The position numbers were made by a program, and so were the translations under genes. 64,000 nt of DNA from Candidatus Babeliales bacterium. GTDB taxonomy: Bacteria; Babelota; Babeliae; Babelales; JBFXEV01. Position 1 is the stretch's first letter. Each line of letters opens with the position of its first letter. The stretch covers positions 1,449,994 to 1,513,993 of the forward strand of contig JBFXEV010000001.1 of NCBI GenBank assembly GCA_050179755.1, written 5' to 3'. Shown here piece after piece: positions 38,770-49,095 of the stretch. The notes below the pieces were generated by a model, which saw only the letters and a list, made by a program, of their open reading frames with translations, searched no databases and was not told where the DNA came from.

Positions 38770-41700
38770 TTATTGCGCTCTACGTAATTTATTTTGTAAA
38801 AGAGTAAGCACCTGTTGTTGTCTCTTTATTATGTTTTTATCTTCTTCTGAACAAGAACTTACTTGCAACGCTTCTAAAGCCGTATTGGTAGTCTGTACTA
38901 TAGAATACAATAAATTAGAAATATTTGCTTCTTTAGAATTTTTAGCAACATTTGCGCATATAAAAACAAGCTTGGTGGCCATATGAGCTCGTACTGCTAA
39001 AGTTTGGCCATATTGACCGTTCAGCCAATAGATAACTTGATCTTGCGCTACTTTCATTATTCTTTCTTTACACACTAAATCATCGACTGCTTGAACATTT
39101 TCTGCAGCTTTTGTTAAAATGGTGACCACATTATCAAAGTTGGCATTTTTTGTTCCTAACCATAATAACGTTAGCTTAACACTAAAATAACTATGATACG
39201 CAAGAGCTCGTTTCATCACATCAATATCCTCACTCTGCATTATTACTACGTGCAGTAATGCAAGCATTTTTTCAAGTTGTTCAAGTGAAGGTTGCTTCAT
39301 ATTATTTGCTAATGGAACAACCTCTCCTGCACCCGCTGCTTGTATTAGATTGACAATTGTTTGTACGCGATCGACTTCTTGCCGAACGAATAATCTATCA
39401 AAAGCGTCAAACGCTCTTTGGCAATGTTCTACCACTTCAGTAAGCTGCAAGAAACCTTGTTGATCCAACAATGCTCGTGCTTTATATGATTCATGTATAC
39501 ATTCCATATCCGCGCCTTTATAAGTGGCAATTTCTTGGGATAATTGAGCATAGTGTTTATCTGCAAATAACACAGAAAGCAATAATCTATGCGCTTCCTC
39601 TGAACTATCTTTAATACGTTCCAGCAGCTCCAGACCGCGTTCTCGCAACTTTTTTGAAAGTTTATTTTTAAAAGTACGGTTTGTACTGTAATTAATGTAC
39701 ATTCGTGCAACTTCTAAAATCTCCTCAACTGTTGCTTGCTCACGCAGAACATACTGCGTTACTTCATGAAAAATTTCTTGTGACTTATCTTGAAGCACAA
39801 GTATATCAATATACATGCAATGAATTGCAGGCTCAGTATCTTTATATGATTTAATCAGATCTCTTGCCTTTGCAAGCAATAAGTTTCTCTCATGGCCCAT
39901 CACTGCCCGAGCCTGAGCCATATAAATATTTGCAAGTTTTGCGCGATTATTTGGGAAATCTTTAGAATCATCTATAATCAATTTTTGCAAGTAATCAACT
40001 GCCTTTGCAAGATCTTCTTTCATAAGATGAATTTTAAAACCAGCATAACAGTCTGCCATAAACTGCAATGAAGGGCGATGCTTGCCTGAACGTGATAATT
40101 GCTCCATCAAAGCAACCCCCTCTTGCCGCAATGCACTTTGCCCACTATCCATAAGAACCCGAGCAAATTCATATTTCACATCAATAGTAGGATTCAATTC
40201 CAACGCTCGTTTATAAAGCAATCGTACTTGTTCCATGTTTACTTCTTTATCAAGAGCGCGGGCTTGCGTTACTTTAACCAATGCAAGTTGTTTTTGGCGC
40301 TCAGCAGTTTTGCCGCCCTGTTCTTGCAATGCTCTTGTTAATAAGGGATCCGCTTCAATCGTTAGATCTAAAAAATCTTGATTCATCCCTGCCTCTCTAT
40401 AGCAACAACCCACCATTAAAAGATGTTCTCCTGATTGAGCAGTTCGAGCAGCTTTTAATATGGTAGGAAAGAGTGCCCTATATTTCCCGTGATGCAAATT
40501 TTTTAAATGCATATCTTTGGTGCTACGCAATGCCTGATCCACTAGTGAAAATAATTTGCATACATAATCAGCATTTTGCTGCGTAAGATGTTCTTGTTGC
40601 ACCCAATGTTCAATTACTCCAAGCAAAGCATCCAAATAAATAATACGATGCTGCTCTGGCAAACTATCTATAGCTATTTCTTTAAGCAACAAATCATCTT
40701 TAACCGGATCATCAAACGCATCATTACCAGCTTGCACAGGATATAAAATAAATTGTAAAGCCTTCTTTTGATGTGCTAATGCGGTTCTTTCTTTAAGCAA
40801 AAATCCACGGCCAAGATGAGCCCTTAATCCAAATACGTTGATCAATACATTTTGAATGCTTATATCTTTCCTAAAACGCTCCATATAGCGCAAAACGCCA
40901 GACGTATTAAGAAATTCTAAATAGAAAGTATCAATCGTATGCTTATTACTCACAAAATATTTTTCGAGACTATGCACTGTACCTGCCAATGCAGCAATGT
41001 ATTTTTTATACTCGTCATCGTTATATACTTCAATTTCAAAAGCAGCTTCTTTACCACATGCAAGAGCATGTTGATACATAACAACACCATTAGATGAATG
41101 AACTTTACTCATATCTTGTGAAAGTACGTGTAAATTCCACTCAAGTGCACTTAGCTTAAAACAACCTGCAAGTCTATACAAAGAATTAGGAGGAGCATTT
41201 CTAAATTTTTCTAAAGCCATAGTATAAAACACAAATGCAAGATCAGGTTCAATTTCTCGTAGTTCGTCTCCAACTCGTTCTGCCGCAAATGGATTGCCCA
41301 ATCGTGCCGCGTGTTTAAGACACTCTAGCCCTTCAAAGTATAATTCATCATCTTCCTCTACTATTAATTTTTTACCCTTCAAATACAGATCTTGCACCTT
41401 TTGATAATCAACTTGTACTGCAACTGATTGATCAGCAGCTGCTTCCATTTCTAGGGCACTTGAAACTAAAACGCTCTCTTGATCAGCCAGGCACGGGCCA
41501 AGAAGCACCTGCGCTTGAATATCTTCTTGAGACCTCTGTTTAGGCTCATATGCTGCTAAGTTTTTTTGAATCTCTTCAAACAATGCTTTGCTTGGTTCAT
41601 ATGATCCTACAACAGATTTTTCAGCGTAAGCAAGAGCTCGTTTTAATTCATGAGAAGGATCTGCAGCATTCTCTTCTTGATCACTAATTGCTAAAAAGAA

Positions 41701-42366
41701 ATGATGTTTTGCCAGAACATACTGCGCATGCGCATTATTATTTGCCTGCGCAAGCCGTTCTATATCATCTAAAATCTCACTATTTTCATTAAATACCAGG
41801 GAATGCTCTCTATAGTTTTTTTCCTTTTGATCAGTTTCTTTAAGTGTAATGAGATCCTCAAAGCGTTCAAGCCCTTGATCAACATTGGACAATAAGGGAC
41901 TGTTAATTAATTGCTTCACCAGATAAAATTTAGAAAGTGGATGATCCTTTTCGTCAGCAAGAATCCTTACACGGCCAATTGCTTCTTGCCGCATTCTTAG
42001 TAAAAGAGGGGTGTCTCTAGGACCTTTTATAACGTCATCAAGATATTTAAAAACGAGATCTGACTCTTTCAATGCAATGTCTGCCTGTAAACCCATAATA
42101 AAAGCTTTAAATGAAGCAAGTTCTGCAGTAGAACCATTTGGATTATCATTAAGTGCTCGTTTTGTTGCTCGCAAAGCAATTTTTAAATGCTTATCTAAGG
42201 CCGGACCTGTTGTAATTAAAACATTTTCTAAAGCCGAGCGCGCCGTCAGTAGATCTTTGCTCGGACTATGAGAATTAGGCACAACAAGCGCCTTACTTTT
42301 TTTCATACCATGTACTGGCAGCGTACACATCAAACATAACAAAGCTGGATAGAGCGATCTCATCAT
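38770..42366 (-). CDS. Large secreted Sel1/TPR-like repeat protein, about 1200 aa
   Basis: Signal peptide VHG/MK; HAARLGNPFAAERVG, AHAQYVLAK, LYKRALELNP repeats; alternative start 42381. Confidence 0.7.
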   Translation of the reverse strand: MMRSLYPALLCLMCTLPVHGMKKSKALVVPNSHSPSKDLLTARSALENVLITTGPALDKHLKIALRATKRALNDNPNGSTAELASFKAFIMGLQADIALKESDLVFKYLDDVIKGPRDTPLLLRMRQEAIGRVRILADEKDHPLSKFYLVKQLINSPLLSNVDQGLERFEDLITLKETDQKEKNYREHSLVFNENSEILDDIERLAQANNNAHAQYVLAKHHFFLAISDQEENAADPSHELKRALAYAEKSVVGSYEPSKALFEEIQKNLAAYEPKQRSQEDIQAQVLLGPCLADQESVLVSSALEMEAAADQSVAVQVDYQKVQDLYLKGKKLIVEEDDELYFEGLECLKHAARLGNPFAAERVGDELREIEPDLAFVFYTMALEKFRNAPPNSLYRLAGCFKLSALEWNLHVLSQDMSKVHSSNGVVMYQHALACGKEAAFEIEVYNDDEYKKYIAALAGTVHSLEKYFVSNKHTIDTFYLEFLNTSGVLRYMERFRKDISIQNVLINVFGLRAHLGRGFLLKERTALAHQKKALQFILYPVQAGNDAFDDPVKDDLLLKEIAIDSLPEQHRIIYLDALLGVIEHWVQQEHLTQQNADYVCKLFSLVDQALRSTKDMHLKNLHHGKYRALFPTILKAARTAQSGEHLLMVGCCYREAGMNQDFLDLTIEADPLLTRALQEQGGKTAERQKQLALVKVTQARALDKEVNMEQVRLLYKRALELNPTIDVKYEFARVLMDSGQSALRQEGVALMEQLSRSGKHRPSLQFMADCYAGFKIHLMKEDLAKAVDYLQKLIIDDSKDFPNNRAKLANIYMAQARAVMGHERNLLLAKARDLIKSYKDTEPAIHCMYIDILVLQDKSQEIFHEVTQYVLREQATVEEILEVARMYINYSTNRTFKNKLSKKLRERGLELLERIKDSSEEAHRLLLSVLFADKHYAQLSQEIATYKGADMECIHESYKARALLDQQGFLQLTEVVEHCQRAFDAFDRLFVRQEVDRVQTIVNLIQAAGAGEVVPLANNMKQPSLEQLEKMLALLHVVIMQSEDIDVMKRALAYHSYFSVKLTLLWLGTKNANFDNVVTILTKAAENVQAVDDLVCKERIMKVAQDQVIYWLNGQYGQTLAVRAHMATKLVFICANVAKNSKEANISNLLYSIVQTTNTALEALQVSSCSEEDKNIIKRQQQVLTLLQNKLRRAQ

Positions 42367-42371
42367 GAACC

Positions 42372-43085
42372 TTACTGGCATATTAGTAATTCATGCGTAA
42401 TACGCGCAAACTGTTCTTGAGTCAAATTAAATTCATCACTAAAAAAACCCCTGATTAATAATTCTTTTGCTTTTTGTTCGTCTATACCGCGTGATTTCAG
42501 ATACACTACTTGATCGTCGTTAAAACTACTGGTGGCTGTACCATGTTTACATTGCACTGAATTAGTATGCACTTCTAAGCTTGGCATAGCTACTGCTCGC
42601 GCAGTATGTGAAAGCAATACATTTTTATTATAAAGTGCAGCATCAGTTCCGTGTGCACGTTGAGCAATGTTAATAATGCCATGATAGTTAAATAGCGCTT
42701 CGCCTGCCAAAGCACATTGCACCATGCTATAACTTTTTGTATGCGGAGCTTGATGATCTTGCACAAGAGTAATGTGATGTTGCATGGTACCATTTAGTGC
42801 ATAGCAACCGTGAATAGTTGCTTGTGCCCCTTCCTCTTCTAAAATAACTTCTATACTAATTTCACGCGCGCACGGACCTATTGCAATAAACGTGAGTTTG
42901 AGATTACCATCTCGTTTACACACAAAACGATATCTAGAAGAAGTATGCGCGCGAGCGGAATCTAACGTAAGCACATAGTCAAGGCGCTCACAATCACGCA
43001 CAATTATTTCTACCAATGGAACTTCCAAAAGGGAAGGCTCTAATTCGGTTGCGTTATCCAATTGAATTCTCCATTTCAAGCGCAA
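42372..43085 (-). CDS. sufD: Fe-S cluster assembly protein SufD (short form; start uncertain)
   Basis: [22 protein letters not shown] motifs; follows sufB. Confidence 0.85.
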   Translation of the reverse strand: MRLKWRIQLDNATELEPSLLEVPLVEIIVRDCERLDYVLTLDSARAHTSSRYRFVCKRDGNLKLTFIAIGPCAREISIEVILEEEGAQATIHGCYALNGTMQHHITLVQDHQAPHTKSYSMVQCALAGEALFNYHGIINIAQRAHGTDAALYNKNVLLSHTARAVAMPSLEVHTNSVQCKHGTATSSFNDDQVVYLKSRGIDEQKAKELLIRGFFSDEFNLTQEQFARITHELLICQ

Positions 43086-44409
43086 TCAATCGATTAATCT
43101 CTACGGCATATTCCATAGGCAAGAATTTAACAAATGCTTCAATAAAACCATTTACAATAAGAGTGCTTGCTTGTGTTTGCGTCAAACCTCGGCTCATTAC
43201 ATACACAAGCTGTTCATCAGAAATTTTGCTTACAGACGCCTCGTGGCCAATATCTACCTGTTCTTCCCGCACATCAACCGTAGGATAGGTATCAGAGCGC
43301 GAACGATCATCCATTATAAGCGCATCGCATTGCACACGTGCCTTCACGTGATGCGCGCCTTTAATAACTTTTAATAAGCCACGGTAACTAGATCTGCCAC
43401 CATTTTTTGAAATAGATTTTGCAACCACCGTAGAGCTAGTGTGCGGTGCCAAATGAATCATTTTTGCACCAGAATCTTGATGCTGCCCTTTGCCGGCAAC
43501 AGCAATAGACGTGACATGCCCTTTGGCGCCACGCTCTTTAAGAATAATAGCAGGATATTTCATAGTAACTTTGCTGCCAAAATTACCATCGATCCATTCA
43601 ACTTTAGCATCCTGATAGGCAACAGCTCGTTTGGTTACTAAATTATATACGTTGGTTGACCAATTTTGTATGGTGGTATAACGCACATGCGCACCTTCAA
43701 GTGCTATAATTTCTACCACTGCGCTATGCAGGGAGCTTGTTCGATACACAGGCGCACTACAGCCTTCTACATAGTGCACAAAGCTACCTTTATCAGCAAT
43801 AATAAGAGTGCGCTCAAATTGCCCCATTTCTTGTTGATTCATTCTAAAGTATGCTTGCAAAGGCAAATCTATATGCACACCTTCAGGTACATATACAAAG
43901 CTTCCTCCACTCCAAACAGCCGAATTTAACGCAGCAAATTTATTATCATGCGCAGGCACCACGCTTGCAAAATATTTTTTAACTAAATCAGGGCAACGCT
44001 CTAAAGCTTGAGTAATATCACAAAATATAACACCCTTTTGCTCCCATTCGTCTTTTAATTTTTTATAGATCAATTCTGATTCAAGTTGTGCGCCAACACC
44101 AGCCAAATAAGCACGCTCGGCTTGCGGAATGCCCAACTTTTCAAACGTATTCTTCATAGAATCAGGCACATCATCCCATGATGTTCTTGTTTCTTGAACC
44201 GGCTTAACATAATAATGAATATCATGATGATTAAGCTCAGATAAATCTGCACCCCACGCTGGCATTGGCATGCTTAAAAATCGTTCAAATGCTTTTGCGC
44301 GAAACTCACGCATCCATAGTGGTTCATTTTTTTGTTCACCAATCAGACTAATCATAGATGCATCCAGGCCTTTACGGCTCTTATATGCATAATTAACCGA
44401 TTGCATCAT
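43054..44409 (-). CDS. sufB: Fe-S cluster assembly protein SufB
   Basis: [46 protein letters not shown]. Confidence 0.97.
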   Translation of the reverse strand: MMQSVNYAYKSRKGLDASMISLIGEQKNEPLWMREFRAKAFERFLSMPMPAWGADLSELNHHDIHYYVKPVQETRTSWDDVPDSMKNTFEKLGIPQAERAYLAGVGAQLESELIYKKLKDEWEQKGVIFCDITQALERCPDLVKKYFASVVPAHDNKFAALNSAVWSGGSFVYVPEGVHIDLPLQAYFRMNQQEMGQFERTLIIADKGSFVHYVEGCSAPVYRTSSLHSAVVEIIALEGAHVRYTTIQNWSTNVYNLVTKRAVAYQDAKVEWIDGNFGSKVTMKYPAIILKERGAKGHVTSIAVAGKGQHQDSGAKMIHLAPHTSSTVVAKSISKNGGRSSYRGLLKVIKGAHHVKARVQCDALIMDDRSRSDTYPTVDVREEQVDIGHEASVSKISDEQLVYVMSRGLTQTQASTLIVNGFIEAFVKFLPMEYAVEINRLIALEMENSIG

Positions 44410-45121
44410 AACCCCGTTCTTTAATAATAGAAAGTAATGAAACATTGCCAGCACACACAATCTTGCCTTGTTTTAATATATGCACCACATCAGGCGAGAG
44501 AGTTTCTAAAAATGGCTGATAATGAGTAATACAAATAAGTGCCATTGTGGGATTTTGCTCCCGCACGATATGCAATGCACGCGTTACTACTTTTATAGCA
44601 TCAACATCAAGCCCTGAATCTAACTCATCAAGAATAGCTATTTTTGGTTTTAAAACTAAAAGTTGCAACAATTCAAGCTTTTTCTTTTGCCCGCCAGAAA
44701 ATCCATCATGTACATGACGCTCTGCAAATTCATACGGAATTTCAAGAAGATCCATGGCCTCGATGAGTTGTGCATAGAAATCACCAATCGTAGAATCAGA
44801 GTTGCATAGTGCACGATACGCTTCATGTAAAAACTGCAAAACGGTAACACCTTGAACAAGCATAGGATGCTGAAATGCCAAGAAAAGGCCCAATCTTGCT
44901 CGTTTTTCAACTGAAAGATCTAAAATGTTCTGATTATTAATAACAACGCTGCCCTTTATTGCCTGATACTGTGGATGGCCAATAAGTGTAAGGGCAAGAG
45001 AACTTTTGCCCGATCCGTTAGGGCCCAGAAGCGCATGTACGGTGCCCGGCTGCACTACAAGATTAATATCTTCTAACACTAGCTTTTCTTGTATCGTGAC
45101 AGAAAGCGAACTAATTTCCAT
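44393..45121 (-). CDS. sufC: Fe-S cluster assembly ATPase SufC
   Basis: [32 protein letters not shown]. Confidence 0.95.
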   Translation of the reverse strand: MEISSLSVTIQEKLVLEDINLVVQPGTVHALLGPNGSGKSSLALTLIGHPQYQAIKGSVVINNQNILDLSVEKRARLGLFLAFQHPMLVQGVTVLQFLHEAYRALCNSDSTIGDFYAQLIEAMDLLEIPYEFAERHVHDGFSGGQKKKLELLQLLVLKPKIAILDELDSGLDVDAIKVVTRALHIVREQNPTMALICITHYQPFLETLSPDVVHILKQGKIVCAGNVSLLSIIKERGYDAIG

Positions 45122-45235
45122 ATTCAAAAGTTCCTTGAGTGTTATACTATACTTATTACATTGCTACCTAGCGTAGCAGAAATGGCGCAAAGCCGCTACT
45201 AGAAGCACATGGAGCAATACCAAAGGAGTATAGCT

Positions 45236-46027
45236 ATGAACAAAAAATCTCTGTATCTTTCCTCATTTTTTTTATTTTGCGTGGGAACTTTTACTACCAC
45301 GCAAGCACGAGCGGCCAAACTAATATGCCTTAATGATCGCGCAGTGCAGCCTACTACCGTTTTTTTATTTGCACATGGTATCACCCGGAGCTCAGACACG
45401 GCAATAAAACAAGCTCAAACATATATTGAGAGCAATATTATCATGAACACTTGTTACACATTTGACTTTGGTGATGGGCTCAGAACCATTAACTTGGGTC
45501 AAGAGCCAGACTGCGCCTTATTTGCAAGCGCCTATGCTCAAGTACTTGAAAAACATCATGATGCACACATTATACTTATTGGTCTTTCAAGAGGTGCCGT
45601 GACCATTTTAAATACCATGGCATTACACCCTGAGCTTGATTGGCAACGAACAAAAGGAGTTATTCTTGAATCGCCCTACGCCAATGTGAGTGCCATGGCA
45701 GAACAAATTGCAAGTTCTTATATGTTCTTTGTGCCATTTAAAGCAACTATTATGCGCAAATTAATTGATTGGTTACCTTCATATAAACCAGATGGCATAC
45801 AGCCTATTGAAATGATTTCAAAAATTAAAGTAGATGTTCCGTTCTTAATTGCATATTCAGAAGCTGATAAAACGGTGCCTGCTGCCGGCACGCGCATGCT
45901 TATTGATAAGTTGCAATCTGCCGGTCATCGAGTCACAAGTTGGTCTTGCCAAAAAGGTAAGCATAGCACGTTAGGATCGAATGCAGCGTTTTCACAGGCT
46001 GCACGAGAATTTTTAAGTAAGCAGTAA
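45236..46027 (+). CDS. Secreted alpha/beta hydrolase
   Basis: AAGGAG RBS, signal peptide, AHG, GLSRG nucleophile elbow, ILESP, D..VP, GKH. Confidence 0.8.
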   Translation: MNKKSLYLSSFFLFCVGTFTTTQARAAKLICLNDRAVQPTTVFLFAHGITRSSDTAIKQAQTYIESNIIMNTCYTFDFGDGLRTINLGQEPDCALFASAYAQVLEKHHDAHIILIGLSRGAVTILNTMALHPELDWQRTKGVILESPYANVSAMAEQIASSYMFFVPFKATIMRKLIDWLPSYKPDGIQPIEMISKIKVDVPFLIAYSEADKTVPAAGTRMLIDKLQSAGHRVTSWSCQKGKHSTLGSNAAFSQAAREFLSKQ

Positions 46028-46079
46028 GATATTCCAAAACAACCTATGTTTTAGTTGAATTATTATGATTATTCAATTC

Positions 46080-46364
46080 TTAACCACCAGTACAAAGATT
46101 ATATGTATCAGGAAATCCTTGCTGTTTCTTGCTAAATCTTTTTAAATGAGCCTCTATCATTAAGGGTTCATTTATGCGTTCAAAAAAAAATGTATCCGTT
46201 TTTTCAGGATCAAATTTTATTTTTTGTTCAATTTTATCAAATATGCAAAGTGCTTTTACTAACTTTTTTGTAACTCCTGTAGTTATTTTTTCATATGATT
46301 TTGTTTCTATCAAGTAGTTTACAGTTGTTGCATCCTCAAATACTTTATAAAAATCTATATTCAT
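46080..46364 (-). CDS. Putative immunity protein, copy 3 (94 aa)
   Basis: VKALCIFDK, FD.EKTD.FF, EP.MIEAHLK, FP..Y...TGG shared with copies 1 and 2. Confidence 0.7.
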   Translation of the reverse strand: MNIDFYKVFEDATTVNYLIETKSYEKITTGVTKKLVKALCIFDKIEQKIKFDPEKTDTFFFERINEPLMIEAHLKRFSKKQQGFPDTYNLCTGG

Positions 46365-46370
46365 TAATTT

Positions 46371-46424
46371 TCCTTTCCATAATCTATCCCATGCAACGGC
46401 AATTTCAACATCAGCAGGAAGGCG
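46371..46424 (-). pseudogene. Relic of a toxin C-terminal tip
   Basis: RLPADVEIAVAWDRLWKG aligns with RFDPNIEIAAAWNRLYKG of the 600-aa toxin. Confidence 0.6.
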
Positions 46425-46514
46425 TCCGTTTGTCGTCAAAAATTGAAAACATAATACACTAGGGTAAATTGTAGGCTTTTTTATAGCCAACACCCAAATT
46501 TTTGAGATAAAACA

Positions 46515-46802
46515 TTATCCCCCAGTAGCAATATGATACTCCTCTGGAAATCCATTTTGCTTTTTATCAATTTTTTTCAAATGAGCTTCTATCATTAAAG
46601 GTTCCCAAGAACGATCAACAAAAAAAGAATCTGTTTGTTCAGAATCAAAAGATATGGTTTTTGTATTTTTATCAAATATACAAAGTCCTTTAACTTTTAC
46701 CCATTTTATTTCCGGCATAAAACTTTGATCCCAATAATCTGTCTCAACCCAGTAGCACACCCTTGCTTCATCTTCTGAGGCTATATGTAAATCCAAAAAC
46801 AT
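46515..46802 (-). CDS. Putative immunity protein, copy 2 (95 aa)
   Basis: VKGLCIFDK...WEPLMIEAHLKK...FPEEYHIATGG. Confidence 0.7.
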   Translation of the reverse strand: MFLDLHIASEDEARVCYWVETDYWDQSFMPEIKWVKVKGLCIFDKNTKTISFDSEQTDSFFVDRSWEPLMIEAHLKKIDKKQNGFPEEYHIATGG

Positions 46803-46817
46803 AATATTACTTTCAAA

Positions 46818-47102
46818 TTACCCACCTGTTACTATATCATACATATCTGGAAAAGGCTCTCCAATTCTATTGAGCTTTTTTAAATGGTGCAATATATATA
46901 TCGGTTCCCATTGGCAATTAAAATAATAAGCATCAGTCTTTTCATTATCGAAAGTTATAGTTTCCAATTTCTTATCAAATATGCACAGGGCTTTTACAAC
47001 TGTCTTTATAATCTTTGTTGGAGTTTCCTCATATATAGTACTTTCTATCCTATAACTAACAGATTCAGCATCTTCAGATATCTTATCAAGTTTTAAATAC
47101 AT
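46818..47102 (-). CDS. Putative immunity protein, copy 1 (94 aa)
   Basis: TAATG-coupled to the toxin gene; VKALCIFDK...FPDMYDIVTGG. Confidence 0.7.
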   Translation of the reverse strand: MYLKLDKISEDAESVSYRIESTIYEETPTKIIKTVVKALCIFDKKLETITFDNEKTDAYYFNCQWEPIYILHHLKKLNRIGEPFPDMYDIVTGG

Positions 47103-48904
47103 TATTTCTCCAAAAATTTAGGTTCGTTCCAGTACCATCTTGTTTGAATTCTATCATGAGCTGTATCATAGTTGGTTTTAAAAATTTTTTCATATTTGGA
47201 TTCTGCATATTCATGTTGCAATAATTGAATATCATTTTTTATGTAATCACCCTTATACAGCCTATTCCACGCTGCTGCGATTTCTATGTTAGGATCAAAT
47301 CGAGAAATTTTTGTGCGTAAGACATGCATGTCTTTAAATAGATGATCTTTTATAGTTTGAATTTTCGATAAAGACATCCCTGTATTTTTAGATATTTTTT
47401 CAACATCATCTAGTAGCCCCTGTATTCTGACATACTCTTTCTCAGCCCATTCAAAAGCTTTATAATCATCCAATGGCCTTACAATTCTACACTTTTCTCC
47501 AGTGCCCTTTACTACTTTATAAATATCTTTTGGCTCTGGTTTAAACATTTTTACAAACTCTTTATCTTCTTTTTTTTGCCGTCCCTTCACTTTACATGCT
47601 CTTCTATCAGCTGCTCGTTGCATGCGATTTGTCTTAACATCTTTAAGTGTAGACACGGACACAGAATTATTGTTAAGTATGACTTTATCAATTGTATGTG
47701 TGCCCGCACCAACAAGTTTAATTGCGTATTTATCAACTTTACCATTAAAATACATACTTGCTGCAATTGAGCTTGCTGCCCTCAAACAACCATGCACCGT
47801 GACATTTGCCATTGCTGCTTCAAGTTCTTTTTGCTTCTCTTCAAATTTTTCGTTATTCCCTGCTAATTTTGCAACCCCAGCTGCTGCATAATCCAAGACA
47901 ACCAATCCAACATTAAGCGCAAACTTAGCAGTATAATATTTACCCATAACTACTGGAAACAACCCAAACAAAACCATCTCAGTTTTATGATTTAGAGCAT
48001 ATTCAGCTACATTAATTGCAGCATCTTGAATACCTTCAAGCACTGCTTGCCCACAATCCATTAGTCCCCAACAAAAATCAGCAATATGAACCGTGGCAAT
48101 AATATCACCAATTTTATTAAATTGAGCGCCGCGTGCTGCCATACTTACAATGTAATTTGTAGAAGATCGATATTCTTTGATATAGGCAGAATGTTTCAAT
48201 AGCTTCGATGTTTGCTCAAGAATATCTATAAGTTCAATATGCAATTGATGCTGCAGTGGATTATACAAACCATTGCGAAATAATTGTGTATCTACTTTAT
48301 TGGAATATAATAATGCATCTACATCATGAGATAATTGATACTTACGCTCTATAAAAAAAGATGCATTATCTTTGGTTGATTCATATGCCAGCTTACGCGC
48401 ATTATAACGCGCATAAGCGTCGTTTTGAGATCCCTTCAAGAACAACTCAACTTCTTCCTGCCAAAGATCAAATTGATCTGCCAAGGCAAGAGTATCAGGC
48501 CATATTTCTTTAAATGTATCTAACTGCTTATTTGCTGAACTTATATTATCAATTATCTCAGGAATGTGCACCCTACTAGTTGCATTTTCATTTGATCTGC
48601 GTTCATCCGGATAATACGCTGCAGACTCCGACGCATGCCCGCGTGGATCTCTGTCAATATTATCATATGGATCATAGTAAGAAGAAGATTCCCAAGAAGG
48701 TCTTATTGAATGTGAAGAATGTTCTCGAGAAGTATCTACAGAAGATGGCTCAGATGGTACATCCCGCTCAAAATAAGATATCGGAGGACTAAAATATTCT
48801 GGCAATAATCTATTGAGTTCACATCTTATAGTGGAACATACAAACAATGCAAAAAATGCAAAAATAGATGCAACCGCAACACCCAATGCTTTAACATACT
48901 GCAT
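47102..48904 (-). CDS. Putative secreted polymorphic toxin, 600 aa
   Basis: N-terminal hydrophobic signal, helical trunk, basic linker, C-terminal domain ISKNTG...IKDHLF...RFDP...W.RL...LLQHEYAE...AH; followed by small paralogous genes. Confidence 0.65.
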   Translation of the reverse strand: MQYVKALGVAVASIFAFFALFVCSTIRCELNRLLPEYFSPPISYFERDVPSEPSSVDTSREHSSHSIRPSWESSSYYDPYDNIDRDPRGHASESAAYYPDERRSNENATSRVHIPEIIDNISSANKQLDTFKEIWPDTLALADQFDLWQEEVELFLKGSQNDAYARYNARKLAYESTKDNASFFIERKYQLSHDVDALLYSNKVDTQLFRNGLYNPLQHQLHIELIDILEQTSKLLKHSAYIKEYRSSTNYIVSMAARGAQFNKIGDIIATVHIADFCWGLMDCGQAVLEGIQDAAINVAEYALNHKTEMVLFGLFPVVMGKYYTAKFALNVGLVVLDYAAAGVAKLAGNNEKFEEKQKELEAAMANVTVHGCLRAASSIAASMYFNGKVDKYAIKLVGAGTHTIDKVILNNNSVSVSTLKDVKTNRMQRAADRRACKVKGRQKKEDKEFVKMFKPEPKDIYKVVKGTGEKCRIVRPLDDYKAFEWAEKEYVRIQGLLDDVEKISKNTGMSLSKIQTIKDHLFKDMHVLRTKISRFDPNIEIAAAWNRLYKGDYIKNDIQLLQHEYAESKYEKIFKTNYDTAHDRIQTRWYWNEPKFLEK

Positions 48905-49095
48905 AGTCGCTCCTTATCGCTTATTGCAAATAAGTTATACTACATTTACATTAAAAAGCAAAAAAACATAAAGTATGATACATGAGACGCAAATTTTTAA
49001 TATCCATTGTTTGACAGCCTGAAAAAAGATATTCAAAATATAGGTGAATGCTCATCTAGAAGCATATATCATACTACTGTTGATTGGAAACTCTT

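Noticed and set aside
46080..46493. 137-aa ORF as one genuine protein
   Set aside because: Paralogs are 94-95 aa and align from Met44 (46364); the extension is a toxin relic plus spacer.
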